From Octopus vulgaris (lineage: Eukaryota): a stretch of 64,000 nucleotides of DNA. The DNA lies in contig OX597816.1 of assembly GCA_951406725.2 (NCBI GenBank), positions 136,276,001-136,340,000 of the forward strand. Direction: 5' to 3'. This document shows, piece by piece, positions 51,571 through 64,000 of this stretch. Position numbers and translations under genes: made by a program. Every line of letters begins with the position of its first letter. The first letter of the stretch is position 1. The notes beneath the pieces were generated by a model that was not told the origin of the DNA, did not search any database, and worked only from the letters and a program-made list of their open reading frames with translations.

Positions 51571-52496
51571 GGGATCTTTTCGCTTTGGCCAGCAGATTTT
51601 TAAAATAATTTCTTTGTAACTAAATACTTTTAAACTTCGTAAACTGGTAGAATGTGCTTATAAAACATTTTTTTCTCTTGGCTTTCTTGAGAAAATTCTG
51701 TAGTTTGTAAGCTATTTGTTGTTTAATTTCTTGCATTTCGGCAATTTCAACCAATCAATGACGTCTATTGAGGTGAATACAATATCTCTGGATCTTTGTC
51801 AACAACAATTATTTGCAGTGTCATATGAATCTGTCACTGTTATTTATGAGAAAAAAGATACCCTGTGACCATAAACTAAGGGGTCTCTCGTAAACAGAGC
51901 TGGATAACAAAACCATTCCCTCTTTAGTGTCCACCCATAATTATGACCCTAGTATCGATCTATTGCATTTCAATCTGTTTTAGGGTTAGGGTTGGGTTAG
52001 AGTTAAGGTTAGGGTTAGTGGGTATCTTTTTTTCTTCAGAAATGTAAATAACCCCAATCTCTTTCTTAAACAAATATATAATATGTAATGTGTGTATCTG
52101 TGCAACAGAAAGGGAAATTAAAACTGCATATGTTGTGAGCTTAGAATATATGTTTATTAATAAAAGTTTAATAACGATAATCTTTTATTCATACAAACGT
52201 AACTGATATGAAATATGTCATAGATAACAATGACAGATTCATATGACACCGCAAATAATTGTTGTTGACAAAGATCCGGAGATATTGTAATCACCTCAAT
52301 AGACGTCATTGATTGGTTGAAATTGCCGAAATGCAAGAAATTAAACAACAAATAGCTTACAAACTACAGAATTTTCTCAAGAAAGCCAAGAGAAAAACAT
52401 GTTTTATAAACACATTCTACCAGTTTACGAAGTTTAAAAGTTTTTAGTTACAAAGAAATTGTTTTAAAAATCTGCCGGTCAAAGCAAAAAGATCCC
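51571..52496. mobile_element. GGGATC-family fold-back MITE with a 6-bp TSD, inserted in a SINE-B
   Basis: AGACAC|GGGATCTTTTCGC...GCAAAAAGATCCC|AGACAC; inverted arms of about 260 bp; internal (TTAGGG)n near 51980-52020. Confidence 0.88.
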
Positions 52497-52511
52497 AGAC
52501 ACATGCATGTG

Positions 52512-52560
<49 letters not shown>

Positions 52561-52572
52561 ACAGATATATAT

Positions 52573-52606
<34 letters not shown>

Positions 52607-53220
52607 GTATCACTGTGATCACCGTGACCGACCAGGATATCAGATGTTGGTACACATCACTGGTCACAATGCGCTTTGCATTGTTTTAGCCTTCAAATGT
52701 CACCACTCTGCTGGCTAAACGAGTAGGCCAACAGAAGAAAGAGTGAGAGAAATTTGTGACAAAAGAGTACTGCAGGGATCACCCCCCCGCCGGAGCCATG
52801 TGGAGCTTTAGGTGTTTTCGCTCAATAAACACACACAACGCCTAGTCTGGGAATCGAAACCACGATGATACAAGCTCGAGTCTGCTGCCCTAACCACTGG
52901 GCCATTGCATCTCCCCATATATATATATATACCCCCAAGAAAGTTAGGGGTTGTGGGTCCAACCCACTGAAGGATAATATCTATCCAATATACTGTTGGT
53001 ATAGTACCCAATTATTAATACACAAGTGTTTTTTATTGCATTGCAATTAACTTACCTAGTGTATTAAATGGGTGTTGCTGTATATATATATATATGAAAT
53101 TTAAATACTGAGGGTGATAAATTGAATATTAATTTAATTAATATCAATTTAAAGCCAGTAGCCTAGCATATAGAATAAACTCAGAAAATTCAGAAAAATT
53201 GTAATACGCATGTATACGCT

Positions 53221-53260
<40 letters not shown>

Positions 53261-53865
53261 TGTAATTATATTTTTTGCTAAGCCCAGTACTTATTCTATC
53301 GAGCTCTTTTGCTAGTTGTCAAAATGTGGTGGTGGGCAAACATACACACACACACATGTATGTATATATATATATATATACGATGGGCTTCTTCCAGTTT
53401 CCACTTGCAAATTCATTCACTCTACTTCAGTAGAAATCACTTGCCCAAGGTGCCATGCAGTGGGACTGAACCTGGAACCTTGTCCTTAGGTAGCAAGCTT
53501 TTTACCACATATCCACACCTGTGCCTATGCAAAAATATATGCTTTTATAGTTAACAAAAATAAATGTCGAAAATGCGAACAAGAAAGAAATGTTTACTCC
53601 AAGATAGTTCGAAGTTGTTGTTGTTGGACCAGGTAATGGTCGTCATGGTCTAGAGAGAGCAGTTGGGATCTTTTCTGTTTGGTTTTCACTGTTCAAATTC
53701 TTTAATTTTGTTCCAATTGATTTCAGATTTAGTGTATTGGTGTACTTTTGTATGTTAATTTTGGAAATGAAATTCATTTTTGTCATATTGTTACGAATCA
53801 ATAAATAGATAGTTAATAGCTTTTAAAGTTTCCAAGCGTGAAAAATTACATCCATATACCAAATT

Positions 53866-54415
53866 TACGTGGTACCTTGGGCAAATGTCTTCTACTTTAG
53901 CCTCGGGCCGACCAAAGCCATGTGAGTGGATTTAGTAGATGGAAACTAAAAGAAGCCCGCTGTATATATGTGTGTGTGTGTGTTTGTCCCCCCACCAATG
54001 CTTGACAACCTATGCTGGTGTGTTTATGTCCCCCATAACTTAGCGGGTCGGCAAAAGAGACTGATAGAATAAGTACTAGGCTTACAGAGAATAAGTCCTG
54101 GGGTCGATTTGCTCAACTAAAGGCGGTGCTCCAGCATGGCCACAGTCAAATGACTGAAACAAGTAGAAGAGTAAAGAGAGTCTAAATTACTTTCTCCTCT
54201 AAGCCACATCAAGGTGAGTAAATTATCGACAATAAGATTGGGTAAATTAGAACCTCCATACATACATATTCTTTTCTACTCTAAGCACAAGGCCTGAAAT
54301 TTTGGCAGGAGGGGGTCAGTCGATTAGATCGACCACAGTACGCAACTGGTACTTAATTTATCAACCCCGAAAGGATTAAAGACAAAGTCGACTTCGGTGG
54401 AATTTGAACTCAAAA
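53866..54415. mobile_element. SINE-B (+, 53866-54180) and SINE-A (-, about 54268-54415)
   Basis: Match to the family sequences elsewhere in the window. Confidence 0.75.
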
Positions 54416-55353
54416 CACAATTGGAATACGTATGTACACAAATACCGTCTGAAATGTGTACACACATATGCACACACACCACACATACATACAAGCACAC
54501 TCACTCATGCAATCATGCATAAACACAGCCACATATGTGAAGGCGTGTGGCCTAGTGGTTAGGATGTTTTATTCACGATCGCAAGAACCTGGTTTCTATT
54601 CCTGGATCGGGTGGTGAGTTGTGCTCTTGAAGCAATACACTTTTACAATCACATCGGCTTTTGATGTGTGACACACCGTGCTCCTGTACAGACAATGTCG
54701 ATTGCTGGACATAAACAATCTATAACTATTTCAGTTGCGGAACCCTCATCTGTTGTTTATGATAAGAGTCCATTATGTATGTATTGCATGCATGCATCTA
54801 TGTATGCATGTATGTATGGATGTATGTATGTATGTCTGTATATATGCATGTATGAAGTATGCATGTATATATGCATGTAGGCATTTGTATGTACATATGT
54901 ATGTATGCACTTATACATATGTATGCATGCATGTAACTATGTATATAAGTATGTCTGTAGGTATGCATGCATGTATTTATGTATCTATGTATTGTTTACA
55001 TTACAATAACAGAAAATTTGGAAGACGTGAATTATATAGATTTTAACAGTTAAACTCAAAGTACATAAAGTTATAAAGAATGGCGTGTAAATACTGAATT
55101 TGAAAAACCTTTTGACAAAAAACAATTTGAAGGCCACTCATGGTATGCAAACGCACAGCTTCTATAAATATAACAGATGTTCTACCAATATACCAAAGCA
55201 ACCCTTCAAATTGCTTCATCCATTTTTGAAGCTTCTTTGCTTACCAGAGATGTTGTTTACTTCATAAGAATTTAAAAACTTAGGGACAACGTGAAATAAA
55301 TCATTTTTTAACAGCAGAACCCTAATTCTACTGTTAAAAATGATACATACATA

Positions 55354-55403
<50 letters not shown>

Positions 55404-55859
55404 CGAAACGTAGAGTAGATGAAACCATGGCGACTGAAGAAGGGGTTTTTTCTTTGTGTTAAATGTCCTGTACTCTATTTTTTTGTTGTTTAAAAAAATG
55501 TCCAGTTCCTTGTGTCTATGCTTTCGTTTCTCATTGTGTTCGATGTTTTTTTGGTGTCCTGTACTCATATATGTGTGTATATATACATGTAGAGGTAGGT
55601 ACGTACATATATGTATATATATATGCATATGTTTTTATTTATTAATATATATATATATATATATATATACGTCTAAATATTTGTTGGCTAAACTGGCAAT
55701 ATGACCATTCCGAAATATAACAATATATATATATATATATATACATACATCAGTCCACTTGTGTGTACCTTTTCCTTCTTTGGACACTAAACTCTGCTTG
55801 CGAAGACCTGTTGAGGCAAGTGAAATCGAAATCAAAATCAAAGTGAAATTTGATGACGA

Positions 55860-56130
55860 GCACGAGCACCATACGAGCGTGAACATTGACAGAGCGGCTA
55901 ACCGGCTTCCGTGCCAGTGTCACATAAAAGGCACCATTTGAGTGTGATCGTTGCCAGCTTCACCTTACTGGCACTTGTGCCCCATGCTAGTAGGGTGCGA
56001 AGAGCACCATCCGAGCGTGATCGTTGCCAGAGCAGCTAACTGGCTTCCGTGCCGTTGGCGTGTAGGAGGCACCATTCGAGTGAGATCGTTACCAGCATCG
56101 CCTTACTGGCACCTGTGCTGTTGGCATGTG
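55860..56130. repeat. Degenerate tandem repeat with alternating subunits of about 60-80 bp
   Basis: GCACCAT.CGAG.GTGATCGTTGCCAG occurs four times; alternate units carry GGCTTCCGTGCC or CCTTACTGGCAC. Confidence 0.7.
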
Positions 56131-56259
56131 TAAAAGAATTCAAGCGAGGTCGAATATAAAACTGAGAATGTGTGTCTGTCTGTGTGTTTCCTTAAAACTT
56201 GAGAACTACACAACCAATTTCATTCAAATTTTACACATGCCTTACTTAGGGTACTATTT

Positions 56260-56452
56260 TAGTTGTTTCAGTCATTTGACTGTAGCCATGCTGGAGCACC
56301 ACCTTTAGTCGAGCAAATCAACCCCATGACTTATTCTTTGTAAGCCTAGTACTTATTCTATCGGTCTCTTTTGCCAGACCACTAAGTTACGGGGATGTAA
56401 ACCCACCAGCATCGGTTGTCAAGCGGTGTTGGGGGGACAAACACAGACACAC

Positions 56453-56513
<61 letters not shown>

Positions 56514-56677
56514 TACGATGGCCTTTTTTCAGTTTCTGTCTACCAAATCCACTCACAAGGCTTTGGTCGGCCTGAGGCTATAGTAGAAGACACTTGTCCA
56601 AGGTGCCACGTAATGGGACTGAACTCAGAACCATGTGGTTAGTAAGCAAGCTACTTACCACACAGCCACTCCTATGC

Positions 56678-56680
<3 letters not shown>
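56260..56680 (-). mobile_element. SINE-B
   Basis: Full head and tail with central (TA)n. Confidence 0.85.
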
Positions 56681-56713
<33 letters not shown>

Positions 56714-57041
56714 TATATATATATATATTGGAATACTTACATATAAACTAGAATACCTGAATGCATGCATTCATACTGGAACTCTTACATGTACATTTAT
56801 CTGGACAATTTGTAGCATTATTTGTTCCAGGGAATATAGTATCAGAGAGAGAGAGAGAGAAAGAGAGTGATAGACAGACACACAAACAGAGAGGTGGGAG
56901 GGGGAACATTTTAAAATTGGTTTTCAAAAGGTTTCCAAGGTTATAGGTACAATTAATTCTCAAAGAAACTATTATACTAACTATAAATAATTCATGCTGG
57001 CTATAAAAAGATTTAGCTAGCGGAATATTCAACTGTTCTTT

Positions 57042-57153
<112 letters not shown>

Positions 57154-57529
57154 TTTGATTCTTCCTTTCTTTGTTCTTTTGTTGTTTTCTGTCATAAATA
57201 TATGGCAGTGTTAGATACCCCCTTTTTTTTTACTTTTTAGTCTATCATAGCCTTCCGGCTTCACATGATTGCTTAAATATATAAAGAATCACAGGCTAGA
57301 ACATTTAGATACACACATAACTGGAATATTTTCTTATACACATTGTTGACGTTATAAAAATTTAGAGAGTTCGAGCAAACGTGAAATAATTCTGTTGTGG
57401 AACAGTGGAACTCCAAGCAGATAAAACTATAAATAATTGTTAATAGATTTTGCTTTTTGTCCTTTTGTGGCCAATAAAATAAGTATCAACTAGCTTCCTC
57501 CTCCGTAACATCAGGTCTTGTGCCTATGT

Positions 57530-57732
57530 TCTTTTATTTGTTTCAGTCATTTGACTGCAGCCATGCTGGAGCACCGCCTTTAGTCGAGCAAATCAACCCC
57601 AGGACTTATTCTTTGTAAGCCTGGTACTTATTCTATCGGTTTCTCTTGCCGAACCGCTAAGTGACGGGGACGTAAACACACCAGCATCGGTCATCAAGCG
57701 ATGCTGGGGGACAAACACAGACACTCAAACAT

Positions 57733-57785
<53 letters not shown>

Positions 57786-57940
57786 TGGCTTCTTTCAGTT
57801 TCTGTCTACCAAATCCACTCACAAGGCTTTGGTCGGCCCGAGGCTATAGTAGAAGACACTTGCCCAAGGTGCCACACAGTGGGACTGAACCCAGAACCAT
57901 GTGGTTGGTAAGCAAGCTACTTACCACACAGCCACTCCTG
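57530..57940 (-). mobile_element. SINE-B
   Basis: Full head and tail with central (TA)n. Confidence 0.85.
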
Positions 57941-58409
57941 CAGTAGAAAGAAGAAAAGTAAATGTTCGGTGAAATGTACTAAATTAGTTTTCCACAAAAT
58001 ATACCTGTAAAATAGAAGTGCATCTTATGTGAAAATGTGACTTATACGGCAAATATGCTAATTTGTTTTAATGGTGTTAGTTTGTTGTATCTGATATAAT
58101 GAATGTTTCATAATCTGTTTTGTTTTTTGTCTTATTATTTTATATATTGTCTTTTGTAATGACTACCAAATAACCAACCTTTTGTATAGTCTGTTATAAT
58201 AGCTATTGTGTTGCCTATTGTGGCGGTCCTTTTTTTTCTTTTTTCCTTTTCCTTTTTGCACCACGGACTGGTTTCAAGCAAGACAATTTTTCCACCAAGC
58301 AGAGAATCTCACGCAAATCAAAATAAAATGCATAATATATAGTTTAATTATTACACACACACACATATTCGTGTGCACATGCACATACACATACATACTT
58401 ACTTTGCTT

Positions 58410-59035
58410 ATGATAGTCCATCAAAGGTGATGGCAGCGTCAATCTAAGACATCTTCCTCCCCCTCAAGTATATTGTTTCTTATGGAAGCAAATATGACTG
58501 ACAAGACCGATACGAGGTAGACAGATCCTGCGGCACTGAGAGGAGTGAAAGTGACACCGAACATAAGCTGCAAAGGGTTGATGACGACGTCTATTCTTCT
58601 CTTCGTGTAGTCTGCTGCATTCGGTTTCAAAGCGTTCTACTCCAGCAACACACATGGACCTACATACCTTCTGATTAACAGCCAGGGGCTCTGACCAGTT
58701 GTGAAGGACACCACATAAAATGAAAAATCACTTGAGATGATCATGTAGATGAAGTTTTAGACATCCACGAGGCCTACTTCCACCCTTGATTTTGCAGATG
58801 ATCATCTTTGAGAGCCTGAATCACATAGGAAACCCAGCAAAGAAAACTATGAAGGATGCAGGTTTCAACGCTGTAGATCTCAGCCCTCAAGAGGATTTCA
58901 GTATGAGGTTCATTGTCCTTCCACATGAGACCGAGGATACTTTGGTACGATCTTATTTAGAACGCTTTGAGTTGTCTGATCTGGCCCCTATAAAAGGTCT
59001 AGTACTCAGACCCTTGCAAGAGGGTTGGTACACAT
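58410..59035 (-). mobile_element. RTE-clade LINE 3' fragment
   Basis: ORF 58464-58655 GVERFE...EEKNRRR...CRRICLPRIGLVSH matches the RTE/BovB C-terminal C..C.R...RIGL.SH motif; upstream SRPRGC motif. Confidence 0.7.
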
Positions 59036-59448
59036 TACATGTGTGTGTGTGTGTGTGTGTAAAGGTAAGGAGCAAGGTGTAAGGAAGTAGTAAGTTTCAA
59101 GCAGGCCATAGAAGGCATAAAAAACAACATCCAGGAACAATAGTGGTTTCTTGAAGTGGAAAGTTGTAAATTTTTCCCATATCGAAATTTGATTACCTGA
59201 AAAAGTTGCTTTGTAACTTACAGTTAGCAGCAGGGTTCACTGTGTATGCAAATACAAATCCAAGTTAGGGAATGAACTAGCAGGAACTCAGAAGTAGTAA
59301 CTATCCAAACTATGGGGTAATCTGCTAGCTACTCATCAGGACAAAATATCTTAATCAAAAGAAGTTAACATTGTTGTCAAGGGATCTCGTGTTGATTTAC
59401 AGGAGATTCGATCAAATCGACTCTCCTATTTATATATAAATATATATA

Positions 59449-60670
59449 CAGATAGATATGAAAGAAGTAAATAGACACTCTTATAATCATTAAAATTTAT
59501 TTAAATCTGAAATTATACATTCAAATTATTTGTTAGTTGTTATGTGAACATTTAATATTTAGTAGACATGCTCTTTGCATTTTTCAATGCAAAGGCCCTA
59601 TTAGGCATGTTACTGATCAGATGGTGAATATTCTCTTGCAGAATTTCTTGCTAAGTTTCAAGCAACAATCTCAAAAGGTCTGACTTTGAAGATGCTTTCT
59701 TGTTCTGTTTATGAAATGTCCTGTCCATTATGCCTCAGAGGTGTTCTATAGGGCTCATATCTGGTGACTGGCTTGGCTATGGACGCTTTCTAATGCCATT
59801 CTTTTCCAAAAAATCTTGGGTCATTTTAACCATGTGACAAGGAAACCCATCTTCCATAAATAGAGAGTCTTCTTTAATCATTTCACCACTGGAGAAGTTT
59901 GGATGGAGTCCTTTCTGCAATATGGACACATATTTATTTGAGTTTATCTTTCCCTCACACTCCATTAGCTCTGATCAACCATTGCTCCAAATTGTTTCCC
60001 AGACCATCACAGAATAGCTGGTGTGTTTCATTGCTGGTTGCAATCTTTATTTTAAACGCAGTCTTCAGACCCACACTCAACCACTGTTAGGAAATACAGC
60101 AAATCTGGACTCATCAGAGAATATGACAGTGTCCCAAAATGCTAATGGCCTTTCCACCATCTCACTGGCCCAATCTTTACTCCGCTTCATATTGGCTAGT
60201 CAAAGATGTAGCTTCCTTCTTGCTGCTCTGCCACAGTAATCAAGTTTGTGGAGATACCTGACAGTTGTTCTGGGACTGACATCAACTTGCTCTGCTATGT
60301 CAGAGGTCTTGCAATGAGGATTATCCCCCACACTTCTCTTAGCAAAGAGAAGGGTCCTGGTTGATCTGGACAAGGGGTTGTAGACTCCTTCCCCTCTCTG
60401 GTTAATTGCACAATCACTCTATTAACTGTAGAATGAGGGATCCCAAGGTTTTCTGTGATTTTACGCTGACTATGCCCACCTTCAGAATGCTGCACAATAT
60501 GGCCTCTTTGAAATTCAGACAGTTCTAAGGCTTCTTTTGTACATGGCATGATTAAACAGTTACATATAGAATCTGAAACATAAAAATGTCAATTAATAAG
60601 AAATATAAACCTTTACAAGTTAGAATAAACAGAAAATGATGTTTTGTGGGGTGTCTATTTACTTCTAACA

Positions 60671-60676
<6 letters not shown>
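59449..60676 (-). mobile_element. Tc1-like transposon with both TIRs, decayed
   Basis: Collinear with 8445-9616; [64 protein letters not shown]; imperfect TIRs share AGAAGTAAATAGACAC. Confidence 0.9.
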
Positions 60677-61190
<514 letters not shown>

Positions 61191-61204
61191 ATTTTTTTTT
61201 ATCC

Positions 61205-62360
61205 TGATATTCACGACTTTCTGAAGGATAGAAGTCAGGTGGTAGTAGCCAATGGGGCCGACTCCAATGACACGCAAATAGTGAGCGGTGTTCTGCAAGG
61301 CACTGTTTTGGGACCACTACTGTTCATAATGGCCCTCTCAGACATGCCCTCAGCCACACAGAGAGCCACAATCACAAGTTATGCAGATGATACAAAAGTT
61401 TCACAGGTAATACAGAACCCTGAAGACACTATGCACCTGCAATGTGAGCTGGATGAAATATACAAGTGGGCTGAAAAGAATAGCATACAGTTTAATGCTG
61501 AAAAGTTTCAAGCTTTGTGCTATCAGCATGCAAAACTAAATGCAATACCCAATAAATACAATGGATCTGGAGGGATTGCAATCCCAGAGACACAATCAGT
61601 GCGAGACCTGGACATTTACATGAGTAATGATGCAACCTTCCATGTGCATGTTGCTAAATTGGCAATGAAATGTAGGCGGCTGACCGGATGGATTCTTAGA
61701 ACTTTTAGAACAAGAGGCCAGGAAATCATGATGGTCCTCTGGAGGACACTTGTCCTAAGCCACTTTGACTATTGCTCTCAGCTATGGTCACCAACCAGTG
61801 CCAAATTAATCTCAGAACTTGAGGCAATCCAACGAAGCTACACAAAGAAGATAGCCTCTATGCAGCATATAAGCTATTGGGAAAGATTCAAGAGATTAAG
61901 ACTCTATTCATTAGAGCGTAGGCGAGAAAGACATGCCATAATATACATCTGGAAGGACTTGTCCCAAACTTTGGCATCGAGAGTTACACAAATACTAGAA
62001 CTGGGTGCCACTGCATAATGCCAAGGACTCCAAATTTTCCATCAAGATGTAGGACAAGATACTGAAATAGCCTGGGTTTCAGAGGTCCACAGCTCTTCAA
62101 TATCCTCCCGAAGGACCTGAGAGACCTGCATGGAGTGGATGTAGGTGTCTTGAAAATAAAGCTGGACCTCTTCCTGTCAGGTGTCCCAGATGAACCAACT
62201 TCGCGGCAGGAGGTGTAGATGAGGGCAGCTGCATCAAACTCTCTCATGCACCAAATGTCAATTGCTAAAAAGCATTCATAAAGTAAAATTATATTGCAAC
62301 TCCAAATGGCAGTGCCCCAGCATAGCCACAGCTCATGAGCTGAAACTAGATGAAATAAAT
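61205..62360 (+). mobile_element. CR1-group LINE 3' RT portion and 3' UTR
   Basis: [47 protein letters not shown]; downstream GPQLFNILP and VPDEP. Confidence 0.92.
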
Positions 62361-62920
62361 ATATATATATATATATATTGATAAAACGGTAAGATAACAA
62401 AAGAAAGAAAGAGACCTCAATATTATGTAAATAGAGGAAATTTATCTATACAATATGTTACATTACTCGGTAGTCAAGATAAAACTCTGAGTTTCAGATG
62501 CCGAAGTGGAAATCCACAACACCATCTCTTCGGTTATCTGGCTATTTGAAAACGTTATGAAAAAATACCGTTAAAAATGAAGGGAAATTACTCTGTTATA
62601 ACTCTGCTTTGCCTGCGTACTTATACATCGCTCGCATTTTTCGTCATAAAAATTATATAAAAATACATAAAAAATATATAAAAATATATAAAAATATATA
62701 AAATCTTCTTGGGACATAACACAGAAAGCATGTTCTATCCGTTTTCTTTAGGGGACCAAAAACGTAACAGAAATTTAGTCACATGTGGGCATGATCCGAA
62801 AAGTTCTGTCCTTGTATTTAGACATGTGGTAGGGTCTAAGCTGCTTTTCCAGATAAGCCATCTCTCCATGTCGCATAAACCGCACCTTCCGCTGCCGTTA
62901 GTATAGGGCTTACATCTGGC

Positions 62921-63121
62921 CAATGGAAGATTTTGGCCAGATGTAAGCCCTATACTAATGGCAGCGGAAGGTGCGGTTTATGCGACATGGAGAGATGGCT
63001 TATCTGGAAAAGCAGCTTAGACCCTACCACATGTCTAAATACAAGGACAGAACTTTTCGGATCATGCCCACATGTGACTAAATTTCTGTTACGTTTTTGG
63101 TCCCCTAAAGAAAACGGATAG
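62921..63121 (+). pseudogene. Penelope-like element GIY-YIG endonuclease C-terminus (mirror copy at 62735-62923 on the minus strand)
   Basis: QWKILARCKPYTNGSGRCGLCDMERWLI...CLNTRTELFGSCPH..KFLL fits the PLE C-terminal pattern W.IL...Y....C.LC..E...LN.R.E....C.H. Confidence 0.75.
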
Positions 63122-63316
63122 AACATGCTTTCTGTGTTATGTCCCAAGAAGATTTTATATATTTTTATATATTTTTATATATTTTTTATGTATTTTTATA
63201 TAATTTTTATGACGAAAAATGCGAGCGATGTATAAGTACGCAGGCAAAGCAGAGTTATAACAGAGTAATTTCCCTTCATTTTTAACGGTATTTTTTCATA
63301 ACGTTTTCAAATAGCC

Positions 63317-63379
63317 AGATAACCGAAGAGATGGTGTTGTGGATTTCCACTTCGGCATCTGAAACTCAGAGTTTTATCT
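63317..63379 (+). ncRNA. Type-I minimal hammerhead ribozyme variant (mirror copy at 62477-62539 on the minus strand)
   Basis: AGATAA CCGAAGA GATG..GTGGA tt TCCAC..CATC t GAAA CTC a GAG TT TTATCT: 6-bp stem I and near-palindromic stem III; core U4-to-C change and GUU site. Confidence 0.6.
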
Positions 63380-63408
63380 TGACTACCGAGTAATGTAACA
63401 TATTGTAT

Positions 63409-63468
<60 letters not shown>

Positions 63469-64000
63469 ATTAAATAAAAAGAAGACAACAAATGGAAAAT
63501 ATGACATACCTATATATATATATGTATATATATAATTCACAAAAACTTGTGTGATAAACAAACATATACTAAATACAGAGGCGAATAGAAAGCACAAGGT
63601 AACCAACTCCTTACCAGAGTGGCAAACGCAATTTTGGCCATTATTGGTATTGTAGTCTGCAACAAAAGTTGTGTGGTCATTTATAACGTCTGTTATGAGA
63701 AGTGGTCTACAATTTGTTGCTATGTCTGTTACACCGATTCTTCTTTTTTGTGATAACTGTTTTGAATTGTATATTGTAACGTCTGTTATCATGATTGATG
63801 TTTCCGACGGTTGTAATGACCATTGTCATTGTATTGTCTGTTGTGAAAACTTGCAACGGCTGTTGTATGTTTTAGTTGTATAGTCTGTTATAAGGTTTTA
63901 AAAAAAAATTTTTTGTTTTTACATTCACCTAATGTAATGACTATAGAACATGCACTTATATCTCATATTACTAGAATAGAATGAAATATTGATTTCTGTT

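Larger units (their letters stand above)
62443..63413. repeat. Long palindrome (481-bp arms, 9-nt spacer TGGAAGATT); inverted PLE 3' ends
   Basis: ...CATCTGGCCAA tggaagatt TTGGCCAGATG...; only one substitution seen between the arms; lies between (TA)n tracts. Confidence 0.95.

Noticed and set aside
55860-56130. Repeat and spacer-like pattern suggestive of CRISPR
   Set aside because: Eukaryotic context, the intervening sequences are themselves repeated, and there are no cas genes
59290-59345. Minus-strand CTGATGA followed by GTAG...CTAC
   Set aside because: No GAAA after the stem, so it is not a hammerhead
63450-64000. ORF 63307-63792 and the flanking sequence as a gene
   Set aside because: The ORF runs through (TA)n and the palindrome arm with no identifiable motif; possibly the 5' part of another retroelement, but unsupported

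Overview
Eukaryotic, AT-rich, microsatellite-dense DNA that appears to be entirely intergenic or intronic; no host gene exon could be supported. The repeat repertoire looks cephalopod (probably Octopus; inference from the SINE families and the (TA)n/(CA)n load). Decayed mobile elements dominate: two near full-length Tx1/L1-like LINEs plus an ORF1 fragment, two CR1-group LINE 3' ends, an RTE 3' end, two Tc1 copies, a DD37D/maT-like fragment, mariner, hAT and other MITEs, a solo LTR with a 4-bp TSD, and dozens of tRNA-derived SINEs of three types. The most striking signal is a set of Penelope-like (PLE) hammerhead-ribozyme (HHR) elements. Two near-perfect palindromes (about 1.6 kb at 14158-15744 and about 1 kb at 62443-63413) sit in (TA)n tracts and carry a minimal type-I HHR in each arm; one also encodes a PLE GIY-YIG C-terminus. 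Six more HHR-like motifs occur elsewhere, two at the apex of long rod-like hairpins. The window also shows two SINE/LINE shared-tail pairs and apparent targeting of SINE heads by Tx1-driven elements. All alignments were made by eye, and coordinates of decayed elements are approximate.
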